Shown one piece after another: positions 9,146 to 22,064 of a stretch of DNA of 64,000 nucleotides (the stretch's first letter is position 1; each line of letters opens with the position of its first letter). The position numbers and the translations under genes are program-made. Source of the DNA: Planctomycetota bacterium (GTDB lineage: Bacteria > Planctomycetota > J058 > J103). Below the pieces are notes generated by a model. It had not been told where the DNA came from. It did no database searches and saw nothing but the letters and a program-made list of their open reading frames with translations. The DNA is taken from NCBI GenBank assembly GCA_026004615.1, contig BPJM01000005.1:477-64476 (forward strand). Direction: 5' to 3'.

Positions 9146-10405
9146 TCACTTCGCGCGCAGCGCGCGGGCGAGCGCCTCGGCGTGGGCGCGCGGCAGGATG
9201 AACCACTGATAGCCGCGCGCCTCGCCGACGTAGGCGGCACGCTCCGGGTCATCGGGCGAGCGCGCCATGCGCAGCTTCTCGCTGGGGTGCTGCGCGGCGC
9301 TGATCGCCCAGATGGTCGCGCGGCTGCCGTCGGCCAGCCGCACCAAAATCTCGCGCGAGCGCAGCAGGCCCGGCCAGCCCGGCGGGTGCAGCGTGTCGTC
9401 CTCGCGCGTGCGCACGCCCTCGATCGTCCAGCCCAGCTCGCGCGCCGCCTCGCGCAGCCGATCGAAGGCGAGGTCGAAGGCGGCCGCATCGGGTTCGATC
9501 GGCAGGGCTCGCACCGGGCTGGCCGCTTGCTCTTCACCGGTGCCGCCGCTGGTGGCGGGCGGCGCCGCGGCAGGTGCAGGGGGCGGGGCGGCGGATTCGC
9601 TGCTCGGGGGCGGCGGTGCCGGCGCGGGCGCGCCGTCCGTCCGGGCGGCGCCTGCTTCTTCGAGCTTGTGCACCAGCTGCTCGAGCCGCTCGATCTGTTC
9701 GCGCAGCCGGCGGCGGTCCTCCTGCTCGGGGGGGAAGTGCGCGGCGAGGCGACCGTCCAGCTCCTGGAGCCGCTCGATGGTCTCCAGCAGTTCGCGTCGC
9801 TTCTGCGTCAGCACCGGGTCACCGCCGGCGGCGGCCGGAGCAGGGCTCGCAGGGGCGCGGGTGAGGGTGGAAGACGGCGCTGGTCCGCTCGCCGGGGTGG
9901 CGAAACCCGCGAGGGCGGGCGCGCCGGCCGGCTGCAGCACCACCGCCAGGTCGGCCAGCCGCAGCTCCGCCGGCTCGAAGTCGCGCGATTCCGGGCGATA
10001 GCCTGCCTTGACCGCCTGCAACCGGAGCCGATCGTGCTTGCCGATCTCCGCCTCGCCGATCAACCGTCCGATGCCTTCGGGCGAACTCCGCTCGGCATAG
10101 CCGAGCTGCACCGGCTCGGCCTCCGGCTCGCCGCCTTGCGCGGCGGGCGGCGGTACCGCGTACAGGGTCAGCACCACCCCGTCGATGGGGATGGGCACCG
10201 GACGGCGCGCGCTCTCGCGCTCGTCGTGGAACCAGATGCCGGGCCTGTCATCCGGCTCGGTCGGCTCGGTGCAGATCGCGCTCACCGAGTAGCTGATCCG
10301 CTGCGTCGAGCTGCAGCCCGCCGCGGCCGCGCCCCACAGCGCCGCCAGTGCTGCAACCGCTGCCGCACCCCCGCGGGCGGGGCGCCCGTTGCTTGTCCCT
10401 CTCAT
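9146..10405 (-). CDS. Lipoprotein (419 aa) with a coiled-coil middle and a conserved-looking C-terminal domain, hypothetical.
   Basis: This is the real 3' part of the long alternate-frame ORF 9146..12319. It has a signal peptide with a lipobox (LWGAAAAGC|SST), a coiled coil (LETIERLQELDGRL...LEQLVHKLEE) and a Pro/Ala-rich linker. It starts 6 nt after the carB stop. Confidence 0.55.
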   Translation of the reverse strand: MRGTSNGRPARGGAAAVAALAALWGAAAAGCSSTQRISYSVSAICTEPTEPDDRPGIWFHDERESARRPVPIPIDGVVLTLYAVPPPAAQGGEPEAEPVQLGYAERSSPEGIGRLIGEAEIGKHDRLRLQAVKAGYRPESRDFEPAELRLADLAVVLQPAGAPALAGFATPASGPAPSSTLTRAPASPAPAAAGGDPVLTQKRRELLETIERLQELDGRLAAHFPPEQEDRRRLREQIERLEQLVHKLEEAGAARTDGAPAPAPPPPSSESAAPPPAPAAAPPATSGGTGEEQAASPVRALPIEPDAAAFDLAFDRLREAARELGWTIEGVRTREDDTLHPPGWPGLLRSREILVRLADGSRATIWAISAAQHPSEKLRMARSPDDPERAAYVGEARGYQWFILPRAHAEALARALRAK

Positions 10406-10410
10406 GCCGT

Positions 10411-13809
<3,399 letters not shown>

Positions 13810-14101
13810 ACCGGGCCTGTCCGGGCAATCGGGCGGGCGCCGCGGTGCCGCAACCCCATAGAAGAGATGCCCGCTCCTCTCGCCCGGCGGGGGCAGCGGC
13901 AGGCTGCGGGGCGATCGGCGCCGGGGAGCGGTGCGTGTGCCGGCGCGGTGCCGCGCGCTCCCGGCGGCCAGGACGGAAGCTCTATCCTCTCAGTAAGCAA
14001 GGGGTTGCTCTGCCGGCCGTCGTCCGTGCCGGCGCGTCCGGGCCCGGCTCGCCGCGGTGTCGTATCATGCGGGAGGACAGCAGCGGGACAGCCAGCGGAG
14101 G

Positions 14102-14473
14102 ATGGCGATGCGGCCCCGGGACGATCGGCAGGAGGAGCGCTACGAGGTCGAGGGCGAGGTGACCCTCAAGGTGCTCATGACCCGCAGCGAGGACGTACGC
14201 AGCGTGCGCGCGCGGCTGAAGAACGTGGGGATCGGCGGACTGTACGTGGAGACCGACGCCGAGATCCCGGTCGGCACCCTGGCCGATCTCGACCTGCGGC
14301 TGGAAGGGCGGCCGCTCGCCAACACGCTCGGTCTGGTCCGCTGGCTGCGCCCCGGCCAGGGCCTGGGCATCGAGTTCTTTTACTCGACCGAGGAGGAGCG
14401 CGACGCGCTGCGGGCCTACCTGGAGGGCTGGGTCCGCGAGCGCGGGCTCCGGCGCCAGGCCCCGCGCGCCTGA
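14102..14473 (+). CDS. PilZ-domain protein (c-di-GMP receptor family).
   Basis: An RxxxR-type motif (RPRDDRQEER) and a D/NxSxGG-like motif (NVGIGGLYVETD) in a ~120 aa protein. The ORF as listed begins at 14057. I chose the internal Met. Confidence 0.55.
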   Translation: MAMRPRDDRQEERYEVEGEVTLKVLMTRSEDVRSVRARLKNVGIGGLYVETDAEIPVGTLADLDLRLEGRPLANTLGLVRWLRPGQGLGIEFFYSTEEERDALRAYLEGWVRERGLRRQAPRA

Positions 14474-14539
14474 GCCGCTCCGCCGGCGAGCCCGCTGCCG
14501 AGCGCCAACCCGAAGGTCGCATGCGGATACGCGGTTCCC

Positions 14540-15328
14540 ATGCCGAGTTCGCCGGAGCAAGCTGCCCCCCTCTCCGGGCCCGGTTCGCCGTCCGGCGGCA
14601 GGCCCGCGTCCGAGCGCTGGCACCGGCTGTGCGAGCGGCTGGTCGCAGGACTCGCCCACGAGCTGAAAAATCCCCTGCATGCGCTCGCGCTCAGCCTGCA
14701 GCTGATCGAGCACGCGCTCGGCGGCGCGGCGGCCCCGGAACGGCTGCGGCGACTGCTCGCCGGGGCGGGCAGCGAGATCGAGCGGTGTCGCACGGTGCTG
14801 GACGCCGCCGTCGCGCTGGTGCGGCGTCCCCCGCCGCAGCCGCGTCCCATGGACCTGGTGCCGGTGGTGGCGGAACTCGTGCAGGCGCTGTCCCACCCCG
14901 AGCGCGGCCGGGCGGTGCGGCTCGAGCTGCCGCCCGCCGGCTCGCTCCGGGTGCTCGCCGACCCGGAGGCGGTGCGCGAGGCGACCGCGGCGCTGATCGA
15001 GAACGCCCTGGAGGCGCTGCCGGGCGAGAGGGGGGAGGTGCAGGTGCGGCTGTGCGCCTGCCCTGCGCCTGCCGCCGCCGGACGGACGGGAGCGTGGGCA
15101 CGCTGCGAGATCCGCGGGCCGGTGGCGGCGCCGCTGGGCGAGACGGTGCGCGCGCGCGCCTTCGAGCCGTTCTTCACCACCAAGCAAGGCCACCTCGGGC
15201 TCGGGCTCAGCCGCGCCCGGCTCGCGGTGGAGGCGCTCGGCGGCCGCCTCGAGCTGGAGGACGCTGCCGCCGGCACCACGCGTGCCTGGTTCGAGCTGCC
15301 GCTGGTGCAGCAGCCCCAGGGGAGCTGA
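14540..15328 (+). CDS. Cytoplasmic sensor histidine kinase (HisKA + HATPase).
   Basis: H-box LAHELKNPLHAL and G-box region GLGLGLSRARLAVEALGGRLE. No TM segments. Confidence 0.8.
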   Translation: MPSSPEQAAPLSGPGSPSGGRPASERWHRLCERLVAGLAHELKNPLHALALSLQLIEHALGGAAAPERLRRLLAGAGSEIERCRTVLDAAVALVRRPPPQPRPMDLVPVVAELVQALSHPERGRAVRLELPPAGSLRVLADPEAVREATAALIENALEALPGERGEVQVRLCACPAPAAAGRTGAWARCEIRGPVAAPLGETVRARAFEPFFTTKQGHLGLGLSRARLAVEALGGRLELEDAAAGTTRAWFELPLVQQPQGS

Positions 15329-15347
15329 GCGCGCGGCGGGTGGTGGG

Positions 15348-16169
15348 CTAGCGCCCCTCCCGCGTGATGAGCAGATTGAGCTTGCGCAGCGCCTCGTTCT
15401 CGATCTGGCGCACCCGCTCGCGCGACAGGTTGATGCGCTCGCCGATCTGCTGCAGCGTCATGGGCTCGCCGCCCCCGATCCCGTAGCGCATGCGCAGCAC
15501 CGTTGCGTCCCGCTCCGGCATCTCGTCGAGCAGCTGGCGCAGCCGGCTCACCTCCCAGTTCGCGAAGAACTCCTCTTCGGGGCGGTTCTGCGCATCCGCC
15601 GGCAGGCCCTCGAGCATGGACTCCTGCTCCGAGCCGTCGAGCGAGACCGTTTGCGCGATGGAGTTCGAGGTCCTGAGGGCGCTCTGGAAGATCGGGAACT
15701 TGTCGGCCGAGATCTGGCATTCCCGCGCCAGCTCGTGGATGGACGGCGGGCGGTTGAGCTTCATGGTCATGAAGGCGGCGGTGCGCTTCCAGCGCGCGAT
15801 CTTCGGCGCAAGGTAGCTCGGGATCCGAACCGGCTTGGCGGTGTCCACGAGCGCCCGCTTGATCGACTGGTGAATCCACCAGGTGGCGTAGGTCGAGAAG
15901 CGGCACCCCTCCTCGGAGCGGAAATGGTTCGCGGCCTTGATGAGCCCGAGGTTGCCCTCCTCGATGAGATCGAGCAGCGTCAGGCCTCGCCCCACGTACT
16001 GCTTCGCGATGCTGACCACCAGGCGCAGGTTGCAGCCGATCAGGTACGAGCGCGACTCGGCGCACCCCTCCTTCATCCGGGCGATCAACTCTTGTTCCTG
16101 CTCGCGGGTGAGCAGCGGGAACCGCTTGATCTCCCGGAAGTAGTCCTCGATTCCGTCCTCGCGGTACAT
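15348..16169 (-). CDS. RNA polymerase sigma-70 family sigma factor (group 2/3-like).
   Basis: Region 2 ([42 protein letters not shown]; [13 protein letters not shown]) and the region 4 HTH ([28 protein letters not shown]). Start taken at [14 protein letters not shown]. Confidence 0.85.
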   Translation of the reverse strand: MYREDGIEDYFREIKRFPLLTREQEQELIARMKEGCAESRSYLIGCNLRLVVSIAKQYVGRGLTLLDLIEEGNLGLIKAANHFRSEEGCRFSTYATWWIHQSIKRALVDTAKPVRIPSYLAPKIARWKRTAAFMTMKLNRPPSIHELARECQISADKFPIFQSALRTSNSIAQTVSLDGSEQESMLEGLPADAQNRPEEEFFANWEVSRLRQLLDEMPERDATVLRMRYGIGGGEPMTLQQIGERINLSRERVRQIENEALRKLNLLITREGR

Positions 16170-16511
16170 CCCGGACCTCCCGCTCTCTGCCCCTCTCCGC
16201 AGCCCCGTGCAGCAACTGTCGTGCCTAGCCCAGAGATCGCGCGCGGGCGCGGGCTGCGGGCCCTCGGGCACGCCGTGTCGGAAAGAAATGGCTACATGGT
16301 GATGCCTTTCCGGATCCGTGAGCCGCTGGACGGCAATCCGCGTTCGGCCCGCGCGCGCCGCCGGTGTGTCCTGCCCGCCACGAGCCAGCCGGCTCCTGCC
16401 GGTTTGCGACCGCCGGCGCCGGTTCCCGGACCGCCGCCCGTATACCTCATCGTTCGGACGTGCGGGAGCGCGGGTTGAGAGGGTGAGCCCCGCCGGCCGC
16501 CACCGCGCGCC

Positions 16512-17078
16512 TCAGGCGGCTCCCGCCGGCCTCGGCTCGGGCAGCTGGCCTTCCTCCGGTACCCGCTCCCGCTTGCTCGTGATCTCGCGTGCGATGGCGT
16601 CGAAGACCGCGCTCCGGAACACGATTCCGACGATGCGGCCATCCTCGCGCACCGGCAGACTCTTGATGCGCTCGATGTGCATGAGGTAGGCGAGCTTGAC
16701 GATGGAGTCGCCGGGGTCGACCGCGATGAGCCGGCCTTCGGAGACCACCTCGCGGACCTTGCGCCGCCGCGCCGCGCGCGTCATGTGGAAGAGCACCTCG
16801 TCGAGCGATTGCTGCGGCAGGTCCTGCGCCAGCCAGCGGCTGATGTAGTCGACGAAGTTGGGGTCGCGAAAGACCTGCGGCAGGATCGCGCGGATCACGT
16901 CCGCCTCGGTCAACAGGTGCTGCGGCTCGCCCTGCGCGTCGGTGACCACCAGGCATCGGATGTCGATGTGGCCGGTGTCCAGCGGTCGCTGGAGCAGCTT
17001 CTGCACCGCTTCGACCAGATCGGCATCCTCGCCGATCGTGTCGAACTCGGTGACCATGAGATCGCGCGCTCGCATCAT
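16512..17078 (-). CDS. CBS-domain pair protein.
   Basis: Two CBS-like segments (MVTEFDTIGEDADLVEAV...; LAYLMHIERIKSLPVREDGRIVGIVFRSAVF). Its start overlaps the glutaredoxin stop (ATGA). Confidence 0.65.
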   Translation of the reverse strand: MMRARDLMVTEFDTIGEDADLVEAVQKLLQRPLDTGHIDIRCLVVTDAQGEPQHLLTEADVIRAILPQVFRDPNFVDYISRWLAQDLPQQSLDEVLFHMTRAARRRKVREVVSEGRLIAVDPGDSIVKLAYLMHIERIKSLPVREDGRIVGIVFRSAVFDAIAREITSKRERVPEEGQLPEPRPAGAA

Positions 17079-17509
17079 GGCGCTCCTCCTTCGGGTGGCA
17101 ACCCCCGATCCGACCGGAGGTCACCGGTTTGCGGGCTCCCGGCGATCGCCGTTGCCTGCTCCGCGGCGCTCCGTTCGGCGGCAGCCCTCGCACCGCGCTC
17201 GGCGAACAGTGGCTCCACCATGCGCTGCAGTTCTCCGCTCTGGTACAGCTCCAACACGATGTCGGAGCCGCCCACCAGCTTGCCACCGATGAAGACCTGC
17301 GGCGTCGTCGGCCACTTCGAGTATTGCACCAGCGCCGGCCGGATGCTCGGGTCGGCCAGCACGTCCACCGTCTCGAACGGCACGCCCAGCTGCTCCAGAA
17401 CCGCCAGCGCCCGCGCCGAGAAACCGCAGCGCGGGAACAGGCGCGTGCCCTTCATGAACAGCACCACCTTGTTCGACGCGACGATCTGCGCGACGTCTTC
17501 GGGCGTCAT
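17075..17509 (-). CDS. grxD: Monothiol glutaredoxin (Grx4/GrxD family, CGFS active site) with a ~35 aa C-terminal extension.
   Basis: KVVLFMKGTRLFPRCGFSARALAVLEQLGVPFETVDVL...KWPTTPQVFIGGKLVGGSDIV. Confidence 0.8.
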   Translation of the reverse strand: MTPEDVAQIVASNKVVLFMKGTRLFPRCGFSARALAVLEQLGVPFETVDVLADPSIRPALVQYSKWPTTPQVFIGGKLVGGSDIVLELYQSGELQRMVEPLFAERGARAAAERSAAEQATAIAGSPQTGDLRSDRGLPPEGGAP

Positions 17510-17591
17510 GGCGCTCCTCCCCGCTCGCCCTGTCCGGCGGTGCGCATCCTAGCACGGCTGCGGTCGGAGGCAAACCGAGGCGCGGTGCGGC

Positions 17592-19214
17592 TCAGCACGT
17601 GGGCGCGCAGCCCGGCTCGGCCAGGCGGGCCAGCAGCACGTCCAGTTCCGCCGCCACCAGATCCAGCACCCCGCCCAGCCGGTGGTCGTCCTCCACCACC
17701 ACCAGGCGCACGTGCCGCCGGCCGGCCGCGAAGCGCTCCACCGTTGCCAGCGGGACGAGGTCGTCGTGCCGCCCGTGGATGACCACCGCCGGGCAGTGCA
17801 CCTCGGGATAGCCCGGGTAGGCGCCTCCCTCCTCCAGCAGCCGCACGCCGATGCGGAGCGGCCCGCCCTCGGGTCCGGGGTGCGGCAGCTCGATCCAGCC
17901 GGTCTGTGCGGCGCGCGCGCGCTCCGCTGCCGGCAGCCACTGCTCGAGCCGGCGCACGAAGTCGAACGCCGGGGCCAGCAGCACCAGAGCGGCGATGCCG
18001 GGATCGCGCGCCGCGAGCAGCGCGGCCAGCCAGCCGCCGAAGCTGGAGCCGACCAGCACCACGGGCCCCTGGGCGCCGAGCCCGGCCAGCCGGCGCACCC
18101 GCTCGACCGCCGCCGCAGCGCGCGCGAGCGCCTCGCCCACCGTCGCGCCCGCGAGCCCCTGCTCGCCGTACAGCTCCGCCAGCTCCACCACCACGCCCCG
18201 CGCGCGCAGCCGCTCCGCGAGGTAGCGTCCCTTGTGCGAGCGCGGCCCGGACAACAGCCCATGCAGGTAGACCACCGCCGGCAGGCGCGCCCGCAGCTCC
18301 TCCTCGTCGGCCGGCGGCAGGCCCAGCCCGAGCGGCACGTGGTAGCCCGGCGCCCGGGTCCAGTGCAGCTTGCAGCGCAGCACCTCGAAGAACGAGCGCT
18401 GGCTGTGCGCCGCCAGCAGGAAGGGACGCGGTGCCCGGCGCACGCCGACGGGCGTGGCGACGTCCAGCGCGCAGCTCTCCTGGCCGTCGACCACCAGCGA
18501 CAGCGCGGGCGCCGCTCGCCGCACCCGGAAGGTCAGCTCCGAGCTGCCCTCCAGCACCAGCGGCCGGTTGGTCAGCGAGTGCGGTGCGATCGGGGTGACG
18601 ATGAGCGCGTTGGCGCCCGGCACCAGCAGTGGCCCGCCGAGGGATAGCGAATAGGCGGTCGAGCCGACCGGGGTCGAGACGACGACGCCGTCCGCGTTGT
18701 AGCGCGTGGCGCGCTCGCCTCCCACGTCCATCTCGATGGAGAGCAGGCGCGCCATCGGTCCCTGGGTGATCACCGCGTCGTTGAGCGCGTAGGTCGGCGG
18801 TCCCTGCCCGCAGCGGCACTCCAGCATGAGGCGTGGCACCAGCCGGAAGCGTGCCAGTTCGCCCTCCAGCCAGGCCCGGATGTCATCCAGGTCGAACTCG
18901 GCGAGAAAGCCGAGCTTGCCGAGGTTGACCCCGATCGTCGGCACGAGCAGCCCCGCGAGCAGCCGCGCCGTGCCGAGGATCGTGCCGTCGCCGCCGACCG
19001 CGATGACGAGATCCGCCGCCGCCGCCGCCTCGCGGGCGGCAGGCCCGCCCTCGGGGTGGAGCGAGGTCGCGATGCCCCGCGCCTGGAGCCGGGCCGCGAT
19101 GTCGGCGGCGAGCGGGTGCGCTTCCGGTTTGAAGCGCGAGGAGACCACGACCGCACGCCGTACCGCCGCCGGTGCGGGGAGCTCGCGCGGCTGCTCGCCC
19201 GGCCACGTATCCAT
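17592..19214 (-). CDS. nadK: NAD+ kinase (NadK/PpnK) fused in frame to a C-terminal alpha/beta-hydrolase domain.
   Basis: The N-terminal half has GGDGT, NDAVITQG and the C-terminal KLHW motif of NadK. With no stop, it continues into VVYLHGLLSG...VLVGSSFGGWLAALLA...HGRHDDLVPL, the alpha/beta-hydrolase nucleophile elbow GSSFGG. Start chosen at MDTWPGEQ (ATG 19214). Confidence 0.7.
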   Translation of the reverse strand: MDTWPGEQPRELPAPAAVRRAVVVSSRFKPEAHPLAADIAARLQARGIATSLHPEGGPAAREAAAAADLVIAVGGDGTILGTARLLAGLLVPTIGVNLGKLGFLAEFDLDDIRAWLEGELARFRLVPRLMLECRCGQGPPTYALNDAVITQGPMARLLSIEMDVGGERATRYNADGVVVSTPVGSTAYSLSLGGPLLVPGANALIVTPIAPHSLTNRPLVLEGSSELTFRVRRAAPALSLVVDGQESCALDVATPVGVRRAPRPFLLAAHSQRSFFEVLRCKLHWTRAPGYHVPLGLGLPPADEEELRARLPAVVYLHGLLSGPRSHKGRYLAERLRARGVVVELAELYGEQGLAGATVGEALARAAAAVERVRRLAGLGAQGPVVLVGSSFGGWLAALLAARDPGIAALVLLAPAFDFVRRLEQWLPAAERARAAQTGWIELPHPGPEGGPLRIGVRLLEEGGAYPGYPEVHCPAVVIHGRHDDLVPLATVERFAAGRRHVRLVVVEDDHRLGGVLDLVAAELDVLLARLAEPGCAPTC

Positions 19215-19301
19215 GTCGCGGGCCTCATGCCCCTGGCGGACCGCCACCGGGGTCCGCCGTCGCGATTCTGCCACAAAGGGCTGCCGGCGCACAGGGGCGA
19301 T

Positions 19302-20552
19302 TCACCCGCCGCCGCGCCGCTGGCCGGCCTCCACGGGTCGGGCGGACGCGCGGGGCGGTGGCGCCGCAGGGCCCACCAGCTCCGGTTCCAGCGCCGCCAG
19401 GCCGGCGAGGCTGTGGATGTCGGTCGCGCGCGCGCGCAGCTCGCGGTAGGCCAGTCGCTCGGCCTCTGCCTCTGCCCGCAGCGGCGCCAGATTTCGGCGG
19501 TCGGCGCTCGCCAGCGCGCGGAAGACGCCGAGTGCCGTGACGGCGTCCTCGGCCAGCCGCCGCTCGATGCCGAACGGCGCCAGCGCTGCGGCGAGTTCGG
19601 CCCCGAGGACGCGGCGCTGCTCTTGCTCGGCGAGCCGCTCGAGTTCCGGCAGCTGCTCGCCGAAGCCGGAGCGCACCCGGTTGGCGACGAAGCCCGCCAC
19701 CGGCATACGGTGCGCGCGCAGCTCGCGGTAGAAGTAGTACGCCTCGGCGATCGCATGCCGCGCCGGGCTGCTCACCACGATGAAGGCCGCCGTGCGGTGC
19801 TGGCCCAGCAGCGCCCGCACGTGCCGCGCCCGCTCGCGAAATCCGCCCCACAGCGTCTCCAGCGCAGCGAGGAACTCCGCCAGCGCCTGCAGGAGTTCGC
19901 CGCCGAACAGCCCGCCCAGCCCCGCCAGCACCCGCTCCGCGATCCGGCCGGCGATACCACGGCGTCCGCTCCCGTCCCGCCGGAACGGCGCCGCAAACCA
20001 TCGCACGACCGAGGTGTCGAAGAAACGTGCCAGCCTCTCGGGAGCCTGCAGGAAGTCGAGCGCGTGCCGGGTCGGCGGGGTGTCCAGCACCACCAGATCG
20101 AAGCGCCCGCTCTGGTGCAGCTCGTACAGCTTCTCCATCGCCATGTATTCCTGCGAGCCGGCGAGTTGAGAGCTGACACGCTGGTAGATGGGATTGGCGA
20201 GGATCCGCTCCCTCGTCTGGGGATCCGGTGCATGCCGCTCGATGAGCCGGTCGAAGGTCCGCTTGGTATCGAGCATCATGGCCGAGAGCGAGCCGCCGGG
20301 CGGCAATGCGATGCCGGCAGCCGCCAGGGTTTCGGCCTCGATCGGGACCTCCTCGCTGCCGAACGCGTCCAGCCCGAGCGCATTGGCCAGGCGCCGCGCC
20401 GGATCGATCGTGCAGACCAGGACCCGGCGGCCGCGCCGGGCGGCGGCCAGGGCGAGCGCGGCCGCCACCGTCGTCTTGCCGACGCCCCCCGCTCCCACCA
20501 GCACCAGCACCGCGCGCTCGCGGCACGCCTGTTCGAGGCCCGTCGGGTTCAC
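19302..20552 (-). CDS. ArsA/Get3-family P-loop ATPase, copy 2 (417 aa).
   Basis: Deviant Walker A VLVGAGGVGKTT and the A-loop/signature DTPPTRHALDFLQAP. A GTG start at 20552 overlaps the upstream paralog's TGA (GTGA). Confidence 0.75.
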   Translation of the reverse strand: MNPTGLEQACRERAVLVLVGAGGVGKTTVAAALALAAARRGRRVLVCTIDPARRLANALGLDAFGSEEVPIEAETLAAAGIALPPGGSLSAMMLDTKRTFDRLIERHAPDPQTRERILANPIYQRVSSQLAGSQEYMAMEKLYELHQSGRFDLVVLDTPPTRHALDFLQAPERLARFFDTSVVRWFAAPFRRDGSGRRGIAGRIAERVLAGLGGLFGGELLQALAEFLAALETLWGGFRERARHVRALLGQHRTAAFIVVSSPARHAIAEAYYFYRELRAHRMPVAGFVANRVRSGFGEQLPELERLAEQEQRRVLGAELAAALAPFGIERRLAEDAVTALGVFRALASADRRNLAPLRAEAEAERLAYRELRARATDIHSLAGLAALEPELVGPAAPPPRASARPVEAGQRRGGG

Positions 20553-21616
20553 GGCGCTGCCTCCGGCGCCGCTGCTCCGGCTGTCGCGCGCGGGGCTGGC
20601 ATGGCCTCGGCAAAGCCGCGCTCCAGGGCTGCCGCCACCGCCTCCAGGCTGCGGCGGTCGAAGTCGGCGTCGAGCAGGTAGGGGACGCGGACCTGAGGCA
20701 ACGGCACGCGGGCGGCCAGCTCCTGCAGCAACGCCTGTTGCAGGCTCGCCCGCGCGCACCGCCAGCGCGCGCATGCCCGCAGTGCGTCCAGGGCCGCCGG
20801 CCCTCCGAGCACGGCCGCGGCGGCGCTGCCGAGCGAGGGGTCCTGCTCCAGCCGGGCCGCCAGATGCTCGCAGAACCCGGGGGCGGGCGCCGGCAGCACC
20901 CCGTTGACGAAGCAGACCCCGAGCGGGATCTGCAGCCGCTCGCGCACCGCCGCGTACAGTTCCGCTGCCTCGTTGACCGGCATCTCCTCGGGCAGCGCGC
21001 AGATGTTGAGCACGGTGGCCGCGGGGTCGCGCAGCAGATCGCGGATCGCCTCGGCGTGCGATCGCATGGGCCCGAACAGCGTCTGGGCGGCGACGTCGGC
21101 GATGCCGAGGATGGCGAGGCCATGTCCGGTCGCCGGCGCATCGAGCACGATCGTGTCCCAGCGGGGCCGGCCATCGGGTTCGCGCTCGCCCAGCAGGCGC
21201 CACACCTTGCCGAGGCAGATCAGCTCGCGCAGCCCCGGCCCGGCCTCGTAGAACGTGCGCCACAGCCGCGAGCGCAGGATCTGCTGGTAGACCGCCCGTA
21301 CCCGCACGTGGGTGCGGAAGAAGTCCACCACGACCTGGTCGGGATCGAGGTTGAGCCCCCACAGCCCCTCGGCGAGCGGGCAGAGCTCGTAGCCGACGGG
21401 CGCGGCCAGCCCGAACAGCGCCGCGAACCGGTCCGGGGTGTCGACCTCGACCAGCAGCACCCGCCGGCCGCGGCGTGCCGCCACCAGCCCCAGCGCGGCC
21501 GAGAGCGTGGTGCGGCCGCTGCCACCCTTGCCGCCCTGGATGAGCAGCCGGCGCGCGAGCAGATCCTCGAGCCTCACCGGCTGCTCTCCGGCTCGCCCGC
21601 CCCGCTGCTCTGCCAA
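20549..21616 (-). CDS. ArsA/Get3-family P-loop ATPase, copy 1 (355 aa).
   Basis: LLIQGGKGGSGRTTLSAALG and DAPATGHGLAILG. Confidence 0.8.
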   Translation of the reverse strand: MAEQRGGRAGEQPVRLEDLLARRLLIQGGKGGSGRTTLSAALGLVAARRGRRVLLVEVDTPDRFAALFGLAAPVGYELCPLAEGLWGLNLDPDQVVVDFFRTHVRVRAVYQQILRSRLWRTFYEAGPGLRELICLGKVWRLLGEREPDGRPRWDTIVLDAPATGHGLAILGIADVAAQTLFGPMRSHAEAIRDLLRDPAATVLNICALPEEMPVNEAAELYAAVRERLQIPLGVCFVNGVLPAPAPGFCEHLAARLEQDPSLGSAAAAVLGGPAALDALRACARWRCARASLQQALLQELAARVPLPQVRVPYLLDADFDRRSLEAVAAALERGFAEAMPAPRATAGAAAPEAAP

Positions 21617-21641
21617 CTTGCTGCCCGGCTGCGCACGCCCC

Positions 21642-21785
21642 TCAGCGCACGACGCGACCGCGCCGGTTACCGGCGCCGCCGGGCTTGCGCTTGTGCTTGC
21701 GCCCGTGGTGGGACCAGGGCTTGGCGCGGAATCCGTGCTTGCGCTTCCACTTGATCGTCGACCTGCGCCCCTGGTTCTTCTTCAT
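21642..21785 (-). CDS. Small, highly basic 47 aa protein, possibly a divergent ribosomal protein bL34-like.
   Basis: MKKNQGRRSTIKWKRKHGFRAKPWSHHGRKHKRKPGGAGNRRGRVVR. The K/RxRxHGFRA core resembles bL34 (MKRTFQPS..KRxRxHGFRAR). It is not in the usual rpmH-rnpA context. Confidence 0.35.
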   Translation of the reverse strand: MKKNQGRRSTIKWKRKHGFRAKPWSHHGRKHKRKPGGAGNRRGRVVR

Positions 21786-22064
21786 GCTCGTCCGCCTCGT
21801 CGTCGTTGCCGCCAGGCCATGGCGAACCGCACCTGCCGCCCGAACCGGTCGCGGGGCGGCGGCGCACAAAACGGCGCGAGTGTACCCGGCGCGACGGCTT
21901 CTCGCAAGGGCAGTGGCGGTCGCGGGCTCGCTGCCCGCCTCGGCACGGCGCGCGCGGTGCTGACCGCACGGGCGGTGGAAGGGTGCGGCGGGAAGGGGTA
22001 TCGTTCGGGGAGGGGATCGCACGGGTCGCCTCGGTGCGACTTCATCCTGCAGGGGGTGGCGGCG

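Noticed and set aside
19302-21616. Possibility that the ArsA-like genes mark an arsenic resistance (ars) operon.
   Set aside because: No arsR, arsB/ACR3, arsC or arsD candidates in the flanks. I treat them as ArsA/Get3-family ATPases of unknown cargo.
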